From positions 196,367 to 260,366 of the forward strand of contig ONPD01000002.1 of NCBI GenBank assembly GCA_900319625.1: a DNA stretch of 64,000 bases. The letters are read 5' to 3'. Both the position numbers and the translations under genes were made by a program. Source of the DNA: an uncultured Treponema sp. Lineage in GTDB: Bacteria; Spirochaetota; Spirochaetia; Treponematales; Treponemataceae. Below are positions 48,483 to 56,984 of this stretch, in pieces (the first letter of the stretch is position 1; every line of letters starts with the position of its first letter). Below the pieces are notes generated by a model. The model did no database searches, was not told where the DNA came from, and worked only from the letters and a program-made list of their open reading frames with translations.

Positions 48483-49484
48483 TTATTTTTCTACAGAAAT
48501 TTCTCCACTTTTGATTTTTCCAACAATCTCCCTCATTTTATCCTGAATAATTTCCGGAACGTTCTGTCTGTAAACCGGAGAATCCTCTACAAATTCAATG
48601 TAGCCTTCTTTCATTCCGACTGTCTGCGAGCTGCCCCAGGCGGTCTTTCCCTGCAGCCATTCAAGGGTAACTTCCATCGCAAGCTTTTCCTGCCTGTTCT
48701 GTGTGCTTGAAATGATAACTTCCGGAGCCTTGTCAAAGCCGTTGGAATCAAACCATGCAATCTTTATGTCATTGTGACGGGCAGAATTAAGAACGCCCTG
48801 AGATGCGCCTCCGCAAACCGGAAGAATTACGTCCACGCCAGTTTTTGCAAGAGCTTCTGTGATTTCTGCGCCTTTTGTTGCGTCATACCAGTTTCCAACC
48901 ACGCGATAGTCCACCGAAGTTCCCTCAAATGCGTCCTCAGCGCCTTTTTTATAGAAAGGAAAAATTATATTGTTCATAACCGGATAATCCTGGGCCGAAA
49001 TCAGGGCAATTTTATGAGATTTAGACATCAAACCCGCAATATAGCCTGTAACATAACCCTGTTGAGCCTGGTCATAGTTTTTTGTCATAATATTTGGATT
49101 TCCCTTTCTTTCTGCATCAAGAAGGATAAATTTCTGATCAGGGAACTGCTCGAGAACCTGTTCCGCAAGGTCAGGAAGGGAAGGATTTGAGGAAATAATT
49201 ACATCGTAAATTCCTTCTGCCGCAAGGGCTGAAAGCTTCTGCATCCATTCAGCCTGATTTGTGCCTACTTCCATAATAGAAAGCTTTGCCTTTTTCTCTT
49301 CAGCAGCCTTCTGATTATACTCTTCTACAGCTTTTGTAACGCCGTCTGCAAGTTTAGCGTAGGTTGGACTGTCTGCAATAATACCCGGAACAAAAACAGC
49401 AATGTTGAGATTCTGTGATTTTTCTTTTTTGCAGCCTGAAAAAATGATGGCTGTAAGCGCCAGAATAAAAAGTAATTTTCTCAT
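48483..49484 (-). CDS. BMP-family substrate-binding lipoprotein
   Basis: Lipobox FSGC; GYIAGL, GNWYDA and GVDVI motifs; heads the ABC operon. Confidence 0.85.
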   Translation of the reverse strand: MRKLLFILALTAIIFSGCKKEKSQNLNIAVFVPGIIADSPTYAKLADGVTKAVEEYNQKAAEEKKAKLSIMEVGTNQAEWMQKLSALAAEGIYDVIISSNPSLPDLAEQVLEQFPDQKFILLDAERKGNPNIMTKNYDQAQQGYVTGYIAGLMSKSHKIALISAQDYPVMNNIIFPFYKKGAEDAFEGTSVDYRVVGNWYDATKGAEITEALAKTGVDVILPVCGGASQGVLNSARHNDIKIAWFDSNGFDKAPEVIISSTQNRQEKLAMEVTLEWLQGKTAWGSSQTVGMKEGYIEFVEDSPVYRQNVPEIIQDKMREIVGKIKSGEISVEK

Positions 49485-49532
49485 AGCTTTAGAATATTAG
49501 TTTTATATAAAAATTTCAACAGCTATGATATT

Positions 49533-49973
49533 TTATTCTTCCTGCTTGAAGTTTTCTGCAATTCTCAGGAGGAGATTTGTAAAGCTGTCCTTTTCCTCGT
49601 CCGAAAAGCCTCTGTAGAATTTTTCTATAAGCTGGCATGATATTTCTTTTGTAATGCTGTTGTAATGCTTTCCTTTTTCTGTAAGAGAAACAATTCTTAT
49701 GCGCTTGTCTTCCTCAGAAGGGGATGTTTTTATCAGTCCTTCTTTTTCAAGCTTTCGGACAAGAACCGTTGTCGTAGATTTGTCGCGGTTTATGATTTTT
49801 GAAAGCTCGTTCATTTTAAGGTTTTCTGTACGGCTGAGCTGGAAAAGTATGTTTCCGTGTGACGAAGCAAAATTTTCAAATCCCTTTTCAGTCAACTTTT
49901 TCTGAAGAAAATCTGAACTCTGCGAATGAATATGTGAAAGCAGGTTTATGCTGTTTTTTACATCTGATGTCAT
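49533..49973 (-). CDS. MarR-family transcriptional regulator
   Basis: DKSTTTVLVRKLEKEGLI, DKR..VSLTEKG. Confidence 0.9.
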   Translation of the reverse strand: MTSDVKNSINLLSHIHSQSSDFLQKKLTEKGFENFASSHGNILFQLSRTENLKMNELSKIINRDKSTTTVLVRKLEKEGLIKTSPSEEDKRIRIVSLTEKGKHYNSITKEISCQLIEKFYRGFSDEEKDSFTNLLLRIAENFKQEE

Positions 49974-50041
49974 ACTTTATTTTATCACGTTTTTTGGATT
50001 TTTCTATTGTTGAAGATGATTATTATTGGTAAATTTAATTT

Positions 50042-50830
50042 ATGTTTGGATTTTTTATTAAAAAAACGTTTTTTGACGGTTGGGATAACCTTTTAAATCT
50101 TGTTATCGTAAATATTGTTACTCTTTTGACCTCACTTTTGCTCTGCGGATTGATTGCTGTATTTTATCAGTTTCCTTTAATCTGGGTTCCGCTGCTGCTC
50201 CTTTTATGCATAATTTTAGGAGTATATTCTGCAGCCTTTGGTCAGGTAGCCGCAGATATTGCAAACTTTAAGGGCGTTCATATTGCTGATTTTTTTAAGG
50301 CCCTTTCTGCTAATTTTAAGGACGGAGCCTTCTTTGGTCTTTTATGCGGACTTCTGGGCTTAGTTTCTCTTACCGCAATGCGCTTTTACCTTCAGCAGAT
50401 TAATTCAATTCTGGGCTTTCTGCTTGCGGCCTTCCTTTTCTGGATAGATATTGTTTTGATTCTTTCACTTCAGTGGTTTATTGCAATCCGTTCACTGATG
50501 AAAAATGATTTCAAAAAGAGCCTGAAAAAATGTTTCCTGATTTTCTTTGATAATACGGGCTTTTCAATTTTGATGGGAATTTACAGCTTTATTCTGATTA
50601 TATTGTCTGTTTTCTGTGTAGGATTTGTTCCATCTTTATCAGGACTGGTTCTTGCCCAGGTAAATGCCCTTCGCTTAAGACTTTATAAATATGATTATCT
50701 GGAGCAGCATCCTGAACTTGAAAATACAGCTCAGCGAAAAAAAATCCCATGGGAAGAACTGATTTACGACGACCGCGAAACCCTCGGCCCTCATAAACTT
50801 AAACAGATATTCTTCCCATGGAAAAATTAG
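50042..50830 (+). CDS. Hypothetical membrane protein (YesL/DUF624-like)
   Basis: About 6 TM helices; FFDGWDN start and IFFPWK end. Confidence 0.6.
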   Translation: MFGFFIKKTFFDGWDNLLNLVIVNIVTLLTSLLLCGLIAVFYQFPLIWVPLLLLLCIILGVYSAAFGQVAADIANFKGVHIADFFKALSANFKDGAFFGLLCGLLGLVSLTAMRFYLQQINSILGFLLAAFLFWIDIVLILSLQWFIAIRSLMKNDFKKSLKKCFLIFFDNTGFSILMGIYSFILIILSVFCVGFVPSLSGLVLAQVNALRLRLYKYDYLEQHPELENTAQRKKIPWEELIYDDRETLGPHKLKQIFFPWKN

Positions 50831-51493
50831 TTATTTACTCATTAACATCGTTTTAGCATCTACCTTTACGCTGCCTTCTCCGTTTTTCAGAACAGTCAGG
50901 GCAAGGTCTTTGCCTTCTGTTGCAAGGTGAGCCACTGTTGCAAATGAATCAATCTTGTCTGCATCCAGAGTTCCTTTAAGCTCAGTTGATTCTGAATCAG
51001 CTGTGAACCAGGCTGTCATCTTCTGAGCCTTAATGAAATCTGCAAAAGCTTTCAAATCTGCTGCTGAAACCTTATTAAAATCAAGGCCGTCTACGATTAC
51101 AGCATCAATGCTTGTTCCGCCTTCCTTAAGTGATTTTACGGTTGCGACAACCTTTGGAAGAGTGAAAGTTTCCTGATTGAAGTTCAAAACAATGCGCTTC
51201 TTTACAATTTCTTCTGTAATTTCTGTCATTGTGCTGAAGTTCTTCTTCTTTGCAATTTCTGCAAGAATACTGGAATACCATGAAACTACATTTGATGACT
51301 GCTGATCAAAAGAAACATGAACAAGACCTTTGTCATTTAAAAGTGAATCAATTCCAAACTGTACCAGAATAGAAGTTTTGCCAAGACCTTTTTTTGCTGA
51401 AATTAATCCCATCTCTCCAGCTTTTAATCCTGCCTTTGTTGCAGCATCAAAAAAACGAATTGGGCTGTGCTCGATTAAATCTTTCTTTTCCAT
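50831..51493 (-). CDS. Short RecA/KaiC-like P-loop protein
   Basis: GLKAGEMGLI..KKGLGKT Walker A and VIVDG Walker B; GGAG SD. Confidence 0.7.
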   Translation of the reverse strand: MEKKDLIEHSPIRFFDAATKAGLKAGEMGLISAKKGLGKTSILVQFGIDSLLNDKGLVHVSFDQQSSNVVSWYSSILAEIAKKKNFSTMTEITEEIVKKRIVLNFNQETFTLPKVVATVKSLKEGGTSIDAVIVDGLDFNKVSAADLKAFADFIKAQKMTAWFTADSESTELKGTLDADKIDSFATVAHLATEGKDLALTVLKNGEGSVKVDAKTMLMSK

Positions 51494-51589
51494 AATGATT
51501 CCTCCGTAGGTGTACATCGTTAGAACTGCATATAAAAACAGTTTAATATTATTCTAAACGCTAAACTGGGTTAAAGCAAATTTAAAAAC

Positions 51590-51618
51590 AAAAACCGCCC
51601 GATTTCTCGGACGGTTTT
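51590..51618 (-). terminator. fusA intrinsic terminator
   Basis: Minus strand AAAACCGTCCGA-GAAA-TCGGGCGGTTTTT. Confidence 0.8.
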
Positions 51619-51646
51619 ACTAAGCTAAATTAGATTTTAGTTAGAC

Positions 51647-51719
51647 TTATTTCTTACCAGCGAACCTTCGCTCTGCGAAGGCTCGTGGTAAAAAATAGCG
51701 AATGTTATTTTTTACCAGC
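51647..51719. repeat. Direct/inverted/direct triplication of the fusA 3' end around a GC hairpin
   Basis: TTATTTCTTACCAGC (51647), TGGTAAAAAATA (51686), TTATTTTTTACCAGC (51705); CGAACCTTCGC-TCT-GCGAAGGCTCG hairpin. Confidence 0.8.
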
Positions 51720-53801
51720 TTCCTTTGCAGCTTTGTGCTTAGCGATGAGTTCATCAGCAACAGCGTTAGGAACTTTACCGTATTTTTCGAATTCCATTGT
51801 GAATTCACCCTTACCCTGAGTTGAAGAACGGAGGATAGTAGAGAATCCGAACATTTCTGAAAGTGGAACTTCTGCGTTTACAGTAGATGTACCGTTTTCA
51901 TCTGTTGAATCAACGATTACACCACGGCGCTGGTTGATAAGACCGAACAAGTTACCCTGGAATTCTGTAGGTGCAGACATCTGTACCTTCATAATTGGTT
52001 CAAGAATAACTGGTTTTGCCTTCATGTAACCTTCACGGAAAGCACCAATAGCGGCAATCTGGAATGCGTTATCGTTAGAGTCTACTGGGTGTGACTGACC
52101 ATCATTGATTGTCATCTTAACACCTACGATAGGAGCTCCAATCAAAGAACCTTCCTTCATAGCCTTCTGGAAACCTTTATCACAAGAAGGGATGAATTCG
52201 TTAGGAATTGCACCACCCTTAATTGCGTCTACGAATTCGTAGTCTTTGTCAGAAATTGGTTCCATGAATCCGGCAACACGACCGTACTGACCAGAACCAC
52301 CAGACTGTTTCTTATGTGTGTAGTTGAAGTCACCAGTTGTAGTGATAGACTCGCGGTAAGCAACCTGTGGAGCACCTGTTTCTACTTCACAGTTGTATTC
52401 ACGCTTCATACGCTCAACGTATACTTCAAGGTGAAGCTCACCCATACCCTTAATGATTGTTTCGTTAGATTCAGGGTCTGTGTATACACGGAATGTAGGG
52501 TCTTCTTTTGTAAAGCGGTTAAGAGCTTTAGACATCTGCATTTCAGCCTGTTTGTCCTTTGGTTTGATAGACAAAGAAATTACAGGTTCTGGAACGAACA
52601 TAGAAGCCATAGAGTAGTTAACTCCACCACTTACGAATGTATCACCAGAAGCACAGTCTACACCGAAGAGAGCAACGATATCACCTGCGCAACCTTCGCT
52701 GATATCTTCCATCTGTGCAGAGTTCATACGTACAAGACGTCCAACCTTGAACTTCTTCTTTGTACGAGTATTGTAGAGTTCCTCACCCTTCTTAATTTTA
52801 CCCTGGTAAACACGAGTATAAGTAAGCTGACCATACTGACCATCATCAAGTTTGAAACCAAGTGCAACACAAGGTTTGTTATCAACTGATTCAAGTTCAA
52901 CTTCAGCTTCGTTGTTGTCAAGGTCAAGAGCAACGTTGCGAACTTCGTTTGGAGCTGGCAAGTAGCGGATAACTGCGTCGAGCAAAGGCTGAATACCCTT
53001 GTTTACGTGAGCAGAACCACAGAATACACCTACAAACTGTTCTGCAAGAGTTCCCTTACGGATAGCAGCGATGATTTTATCTTCTGCAACGCCATCATAT
53101 CCGTTTTCCATGATTTCTTCCATCAAAGAATCATCGAACATAGAAGCAGCGTCCAAAAGCTCTTCACGATATTTTTCAGCATCTGCTGTCAGGTTAGCAG
53201 GAATTTCTGCGATGCGGAGGTCTTCACCGTTAGGACCATCGAAGTAGATGGCTTTCATAGCTACCAGGTCAACAACACCTTCAAGTTTGTCTTCAAGACC
53301 GATTGGAAGTTCCATCATGTGAGCGTTAAGACCGAGTTTTTCGCGAACCTGATTGCATACGCGAATTGGGTTAGCACCCTGACGGTCACACTTGTTTACG
53401 AATGCAACACGAGGTACATGATAACGTTTAAGCTGACGGTCTACTGTAATTGACTGAGACTGAACACCGGCAACGGCACACAAAATCATGATAGCACCGT
53501 CAAGAACGCGGAGTGAGCGCTCTACTTCTACTGTGAAGTCTACGTGACCCGGAGTGTCGATAAGGTTGATTGTGTAGTCCTTCCACTGAACCTGTGTAGC
53601 TGCTGACTGGATTGTGATACCACGTTCACGTTCCAATTCCATGTTGTCCATTACAGCACCAACACCATCTTTACCACGAACTTCGTGAATTGCATGAATC
53701 TTGTTACAGTAGAACAAGATACGTTCTGAAGTTGTAGTCTTTCCTGAGTCAATGTGGGCACTGATACCGATATTTCTTACTTTTGAAATATCCCAAGCCA
53801 T
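51705..53801 (-). CDS. fusA: Elongation factor G (spirochaete-type EF-G1, outside the str operon)
   Basis: [39 protein letters not shown]; strong codon bias; GAGG SD. Confidence 0.97.
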   Translation of the reverse strand: MAWDISKVRNIGISAHIDSGKTTTSERILFYCNKIHAIHEVRGKDGVGAVMDNMELERERGITIQSAATQVQWKDYTINLIDTPGHVDFTVEVERSLRVLDGAIMILCAVAGVQSQSITVDRQLKRYHVPRVAFVNKCDRQGANPIRVCNQVREKLGLNAHMMELPIGLEDKLEGVVDLVAMKAIYFDGPNGEDLRIAEIPANLTADAEKYREELLDAASMFDDSLMEEIMENGYDGVAEDKIIAAIRKGTLAEQFVGVFCGSAHVNKGIQPLLDAVIRYLPAPNEVRNVALDLDNNEAEVELESVDNKPCVALGFKLDDGQYGQLTYTRVYQGKIKKGEELYNTRTKKKFKVGRLVRMNSAQMEDISEGCAGDIVALFGVDCASGDTFVSGGVNYSMASMFVPEPVISLSIKPKDKQAEMQMSKALNRFTKEDPTFRVYTDPESNETIIKGMGELHLEVYVERMKREYNCEVETGAPQVAYRESITTTGDFNYTHKKQSGGSGQYGRVAGFMEPISDKDYEFVDAIKGGAIPNEFIPSCDKGFQKAMKEGSLIGAPIVGVKMTINDGQSHPVDSNDNAFQIAAIGAFREGYMKAKPVILEPIMKVQMSAPTEFQGNLFGLINQRRGVIVDSTDENGTSTVNAEVPLSEMFGFSTILRSSTQGKGEFTMEFEKYGKVPNAVADELIAKHKAAKEAGKK

Positions 53802-53908
53802 ACTATTTACCTCTTTAAAAAAAAATTTCCTAGTTTGAAAATACTATCGCTCTATATTACAGAAAATTGCTATGATTTTCAAGAGTTTAGCAAAGTATGC
53901 AATCTATT

Positions 53909-53927
53909 CCCCGCAACGCCCCGCTTA
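53909..53927 (-). repeat. Truncated family-A end
   Basis: Reverse complement TAAGCGGGGCGTTGCGGGG matches TAAGCGGGCGTTGCGGG at 20544; its TAA is the stop of the adjacent gene. Confidence 0.6.
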
Positions 53928-55259
53928 GTTTTCCATTTTAAAGGCAATTTTACCGGTAAGGGCAAGAAATTTTGTCTTCCAGTGGGCGCAGACTGAGCAG
54001 GTAAAACCCTGCTTTGTAGAAGTCCCGTCCTTTTGCGTAAAGTTCAGTGCGGTCGACGCCGTGATTTTTGGATTTTTCATAAAGGCAAGATTCAGCCCGA
54101 ATTTTTCACTGGTCGTGCAGCCCGAATAATCCTTATCAGGCTTTACAGAAAAGTTCATTGTAAACTCCGGAGTTATTTTTCTGAAATACCAGCTGTTTGC
54201 CAGCTGCAGGGAAGCGCTTTCAAAATCGGAAGAAGCTTTTTTGCTGCTGGTATCAATCGTAAAATTGCTGTTTATAATGAAGGAAAATGAATAAAGCATG
54301 GAAAAAAGCCGGGAGCCCAGCGACACCTTCATCTTGTGCGAATCAAAATTTTCTTCTGAAAGATAAAAGGTATTCATAGCCGTAAATCCTGACCGCAGAA
54401 ATACAGGCCGCCTTCTTCCGGCTGGAAGGGTTGTCTGAAATCCGATTTTTGTCTGAATCATATCCTTAAGGGTATTTTCCCTTGTTGTAAGAAGATTTTT
54501 ATGTTCGTTATAGAAAAGAGAAAGATTTATCATTGAATGCCCGAAAGAGATTTTATTTTCCGTTTTGTATGCGCTTTGAAGTTTTCCGAAGGGAGTCTGA
54601 TAGGTGGGGGCGGAAAAAAGGCTTTCAAAATGAGGAAGTTTTACTGAAAGCTGCGGATTAAAGCAAAAAAGCTTTCCCTGGTGATAATAAAAATCAGAAG
54701 TTGTGAACCAGGAATTAAAGGTATTTTCAGGGTAGGTGAAATAACCTCCTGTTGCTGCAAAGGCAAAATTTATCTTTTTAAAAAGGGTGATTGTCTGTGA
54801 GCCGGAAAAAACCGGGAAAATATCTTCATTATTATAGAAGAAGTTTAATTTTGATGATGAAAATATCTTCTTTTTATTTGCATAGCAGAATTCTCCAAAA
54901 ATACTGACAGCTTTTTTTGATGACGAAAGTCCCGGAAGGGCTGCAGTAATTTCTGAAACGTCAGTTCTTGCCTTTGAAAAGGGGGTGATGCTAGTGGATA
55001 GAGAAGGTTCTTTCAGTTTTGAAAGGCCGCCTGTGCCCGTCAGGTTCCCAACTTTTATCTGGCAGGGAAAATGCTTCCAGAATCTGGAAGTGTAAAGGAC
55101 GCTGCCCCAGTTCCATTTTTCAGCCTCCATAAGGTTCTGGCTTGAACGGACTTCAAGAAAGGGAAGCAGAAGCTTTTCCTGGATAGCGGCCGAGAAGTCT
55201 TCTGCAAAAAGACTGCCGAATGATGAAAACAAAAATATAAATAAACACAATTTTCTCAT
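53925..55259 (-). CDS. Hypothetical exported, beta-strand-rich protein
   Basis: 444-aa ORF with signal peptide and amphipathic aromatic strands. Confidence 0.6.
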   Translation of the reverse strand: MRKLCLFIFLFSSFGSLFAEDFSAAIQEKLLLPFLEVRSSQNLMEAEKWNWGSVLYTSRFWKHFPCQIKVGNLTGTGGLSKLKEPSLSTSITPFSKARTDVSEITAALPGLSSSKKAVSIFGEFCYANKKKIFSSSKLNFFYNNEDIFPVFSGSQTITLFKKINFAFAATGGYFTYPENTFNSWFTTSDFYYHQGKLFCFNPQLSVKLPHFESLFSAPTYQTPFGKLQSAYKTENKISFGHSMINLSLFYNEHKNLLTTRENTLKDMIQTKIGFQTTLPAGRRRPVFLRSGFTAMNTFYLSEENFDSHKMKVSLGSRLFSMLYSFSFIINSNFTIDTSSKKASSDFESASLQLANSWYFRKITPEFTMNFSVKPDKDYSGCTTSEKFGLNLAFMKNPKITASTALNFTQKDGTSTKQGFTCSVCAHWKTKFLALTGKIAFKMEN

Positions 55260-55327
55260 ACCTTAATATGGGCAAAAAAGTGTCATTTCCGGCAAAGAAT
55301 TTAAAAAAAATCTTAAAAAATTTAAAA

Positions 55328-55416
55328 AGCGGCTCGCATAGTCTCGCCGCTGAGCAGTTTTCTTGATGAACCTAAACCGACCCGCTGTCGCAGCTCGGTT
55401 TTTAACGGTTCTTCGA
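55328..55416 (-). repeat. Bulged hairpin element (family B) plus a second GC hairpin
   Basis: Minus strand GAACC-GTTAAAAA-CCGA-G-CTGC-GACA-GCGG-G-TCGG-TTTA-GGTTC, then an AGCGGC...GCCGCT stem. Confidence 0.75.
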
Positions 55417-55427
55417 TTTTAAGCTAG

Positions 55428-56240
55428 CTACTGTGTGCTTGTTACGTAACTCTTGGCATTTGCAAAATCACTGATTTTGGTGATTTTCTGGCGCCAGTAT
55501 TCAGCTTCACTCTTTGTTGTGTAAGGACCTACGCGTACGCGGTAGAAAAGGTTATCCTTGTTATCCTTGTAAGTAAAGATGTCAGCCTGAATCTGATTTG
55601 TGCCGAGTGCCTGGCGGGCAGTTTCAGCACCTTTTTTGTTACTGTAAGCGGCAACCTGAACCCAGAATTTTGATGGGGCTGCAGGAGCAGCTTTTGCAGA
55701 AGTCGGTGAAGCTTTTGGCTTACTGTCAGTCTTTTTTGCAACTGGCGCACTTTTTGCTGGTTTTGCAGCAACAGATGCCTTTGTATCTGCGGCTTTTTCA
55801 AAATCACGTGGAGCGCGTTCACGAGGAGCAGGCGGAAGAGCTGCCTTGTCACCAATCGTAACTGTTACATTAATATTCTGACCGGCAGTTTCAGCCGAAG
55901 TTTCTTTTAAAGTTTTAAGGGAGTTCAAATCGATTGTAGTTCCCTTGTCAGATGGAACTTCGTAAACGTTAGCCTTGTCAGCAACAACGTAAACTTCGTT
56001 TGCCTTAAGAGGTTCTCCAGAAACCGGAGGATTTGGGAACTGAAGCTGGCCTTCAACAGAAGCCGGATTCATTCCGTTATTTGGTGCCCATCCGTCGTAA
56101 GCTCTTTCTGATGGACTTGTTTTGGCGATTGTCTGTACGTTTCGCTCTGAAGGAGAATAAACGATTACTGCTGCTCCAAGAACAACTAACAAAAATGCGC
56201 CGACAGCGGCAATTATCCATAATGTCTTTTTGTTTTCCAT
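55428..56240 (-). CDS. Bitopic SPOR-domain protein (FtsN-like architecture)
   Basis: N-terminal TM, Pro/Ala/Lys linker, WVQVAAY and YRVRVGPY SPOR motifs. Confidence 0.85.
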   Translation of the reverse strand: MENKKTLWIIAAVGAFLLVVLGAAVIVYSPSERNVQTIAKTSPSERAYDGWAPNNGMNPASVEGQLQFPNPPVSGEPLKANEVYVVADKANVYEVPSDKGTTIDLNSLKTLKETSAETAGQNINVTVTIGDKAALPPAPRERAPRDFEKAADTKASVAAKPAKSAPVAKKTDSKPKASPTSAKAAPAAPSKFWVQVAAYSNKKGAETARQALGTNQIQADIFTYKDNKDNLFYRVRVGPYTTKSEAEYWRQKITKISDFANAKSYVTSTQ

Positions 56241-56284
56241 AAGTTTTCCTCTTCTACCGGAATTTTCCGGCCACCTTATTAAAC

Positions 56285-56311
56285 TTATCGGTAATTGGGA
56301 AAACTTCTTTA
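56285..56311 (-). promoter_or_regulatory. sigma28 (FliA)-like promoter
   Basis: TAAA-N15-ACCGATAA versus consensus TAAA-N15-GCCGATAA. Confidence 0.6.
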
Positions 56312-56317
56312 GAAAAA

Positions 56318-56983
56318 TCAGTTGTTTTTTACAATTATTAGCGGGATTTTAGGCGCAGCTGCTTCTTTGTAACGTACAAGCAGGTCCTTTTGTGCCAGGA
56401 AACGGCGGAGTATCTGACGCAGGGGCAGGTGGTCACGGCGGCGGGCCCGGCGCAGGCGGGTTAGGAAAGGTGCGGTTACAAAAACTACAGCCTGGCAAAG
56501 CTCTAAAAGCTGGGGCGTTTTATATAAAACTGTCGCATTTATGATGATTTTCTTTCCTTTATTCTGTGCAATAAATTCTTTTGTAAGCTCTATAATTTTT
56601 GGATAGATGATTGATTCCTGGCGGGCAAGTAGGGCTGGATTTTTAAAAAGCAGCCTTCCCAAATTTCTGCGGTTGATGGAAGAGTCGGGATTTTCTATTT
56701 CTATTCCCAGCTTTTCGGCTTCGCCCTTAAAGGCGGTAAGTATTTCTTCCCGGCAAAGCTCGATGGCCTTGTGGGCTGTCTGATCCAGGTCGGTAGAAAG
56801 CCAGCCTTCTTTTTCAAGCTGAGAGCAGATGTAGTTTTTTCCTGCGGCCATGTGGCCGGTGATGCAGATGATGGAGAAGGATTCTAATGTCTTAGCGCTG
56901 GGAGCCCCGAAGTAGCCGCCTGCGGCTATGAGCGTCAGCGAAGGGCGGACATAGCGACCCGAGCGAAGCGAGGGGAAGACCAT
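56318..56983 (-). CDS. coaE: Dephospho-CoA kinase with repeat-derived N-terminal extension
   Basis: ICITGHMAAGKN, DLD, INRRNLG; ATG 1 nt after polA stop; polA-coaE order. Confidence 0.85.
   Translation of the reverse strand: MVFPSLRSGRYVRPSLTLIAAGGYFGAPSAKTLESFSIICITGHMAAGKNYICSQLEKEGWLSTDLDQTAHKAIELCREEILTAFKGEAEKLGIEIENPDSSINRRNLGRLLFKNPALLARQESIIYPKIIELTKEFIAQNKGKKIIINATVLYKTPQLLELCQAVVFVTAPFLTRLRRARRRDHLPLRQILRRFLAQKDLLVRYKEAAAPKIPLIIVKNN
56892..56980. repeat. Family-A palindromic element inside the 5' end of coaE
   Basis: TAGCCGC-CT-GCGGCTA hairpin; GCGACCCGAGCGAAGCGAGGGGAAG shares GCGAGGGGAAG with the polA copy. Confidence 0.7.
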
Positions 56984-56984
56984 T

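Noticed and set aside
51705-53801. fusA outside the rpsL-rpsG-tuf operon
   Set aside because: Established for spirochaetes, which carry two EF-G paralogues
55260-55300. GCCCATAT as a second sigma28 -10 box
   Set aside because: No TAAA at 15-nt spacing
36543-55416. Family-B hairpins as integron attC sites
   Set aside because: Lack terminal RYYYAAC/GTTRRRY boxes, mixed orientation, flank housekeeping genes, and no integrase in the window
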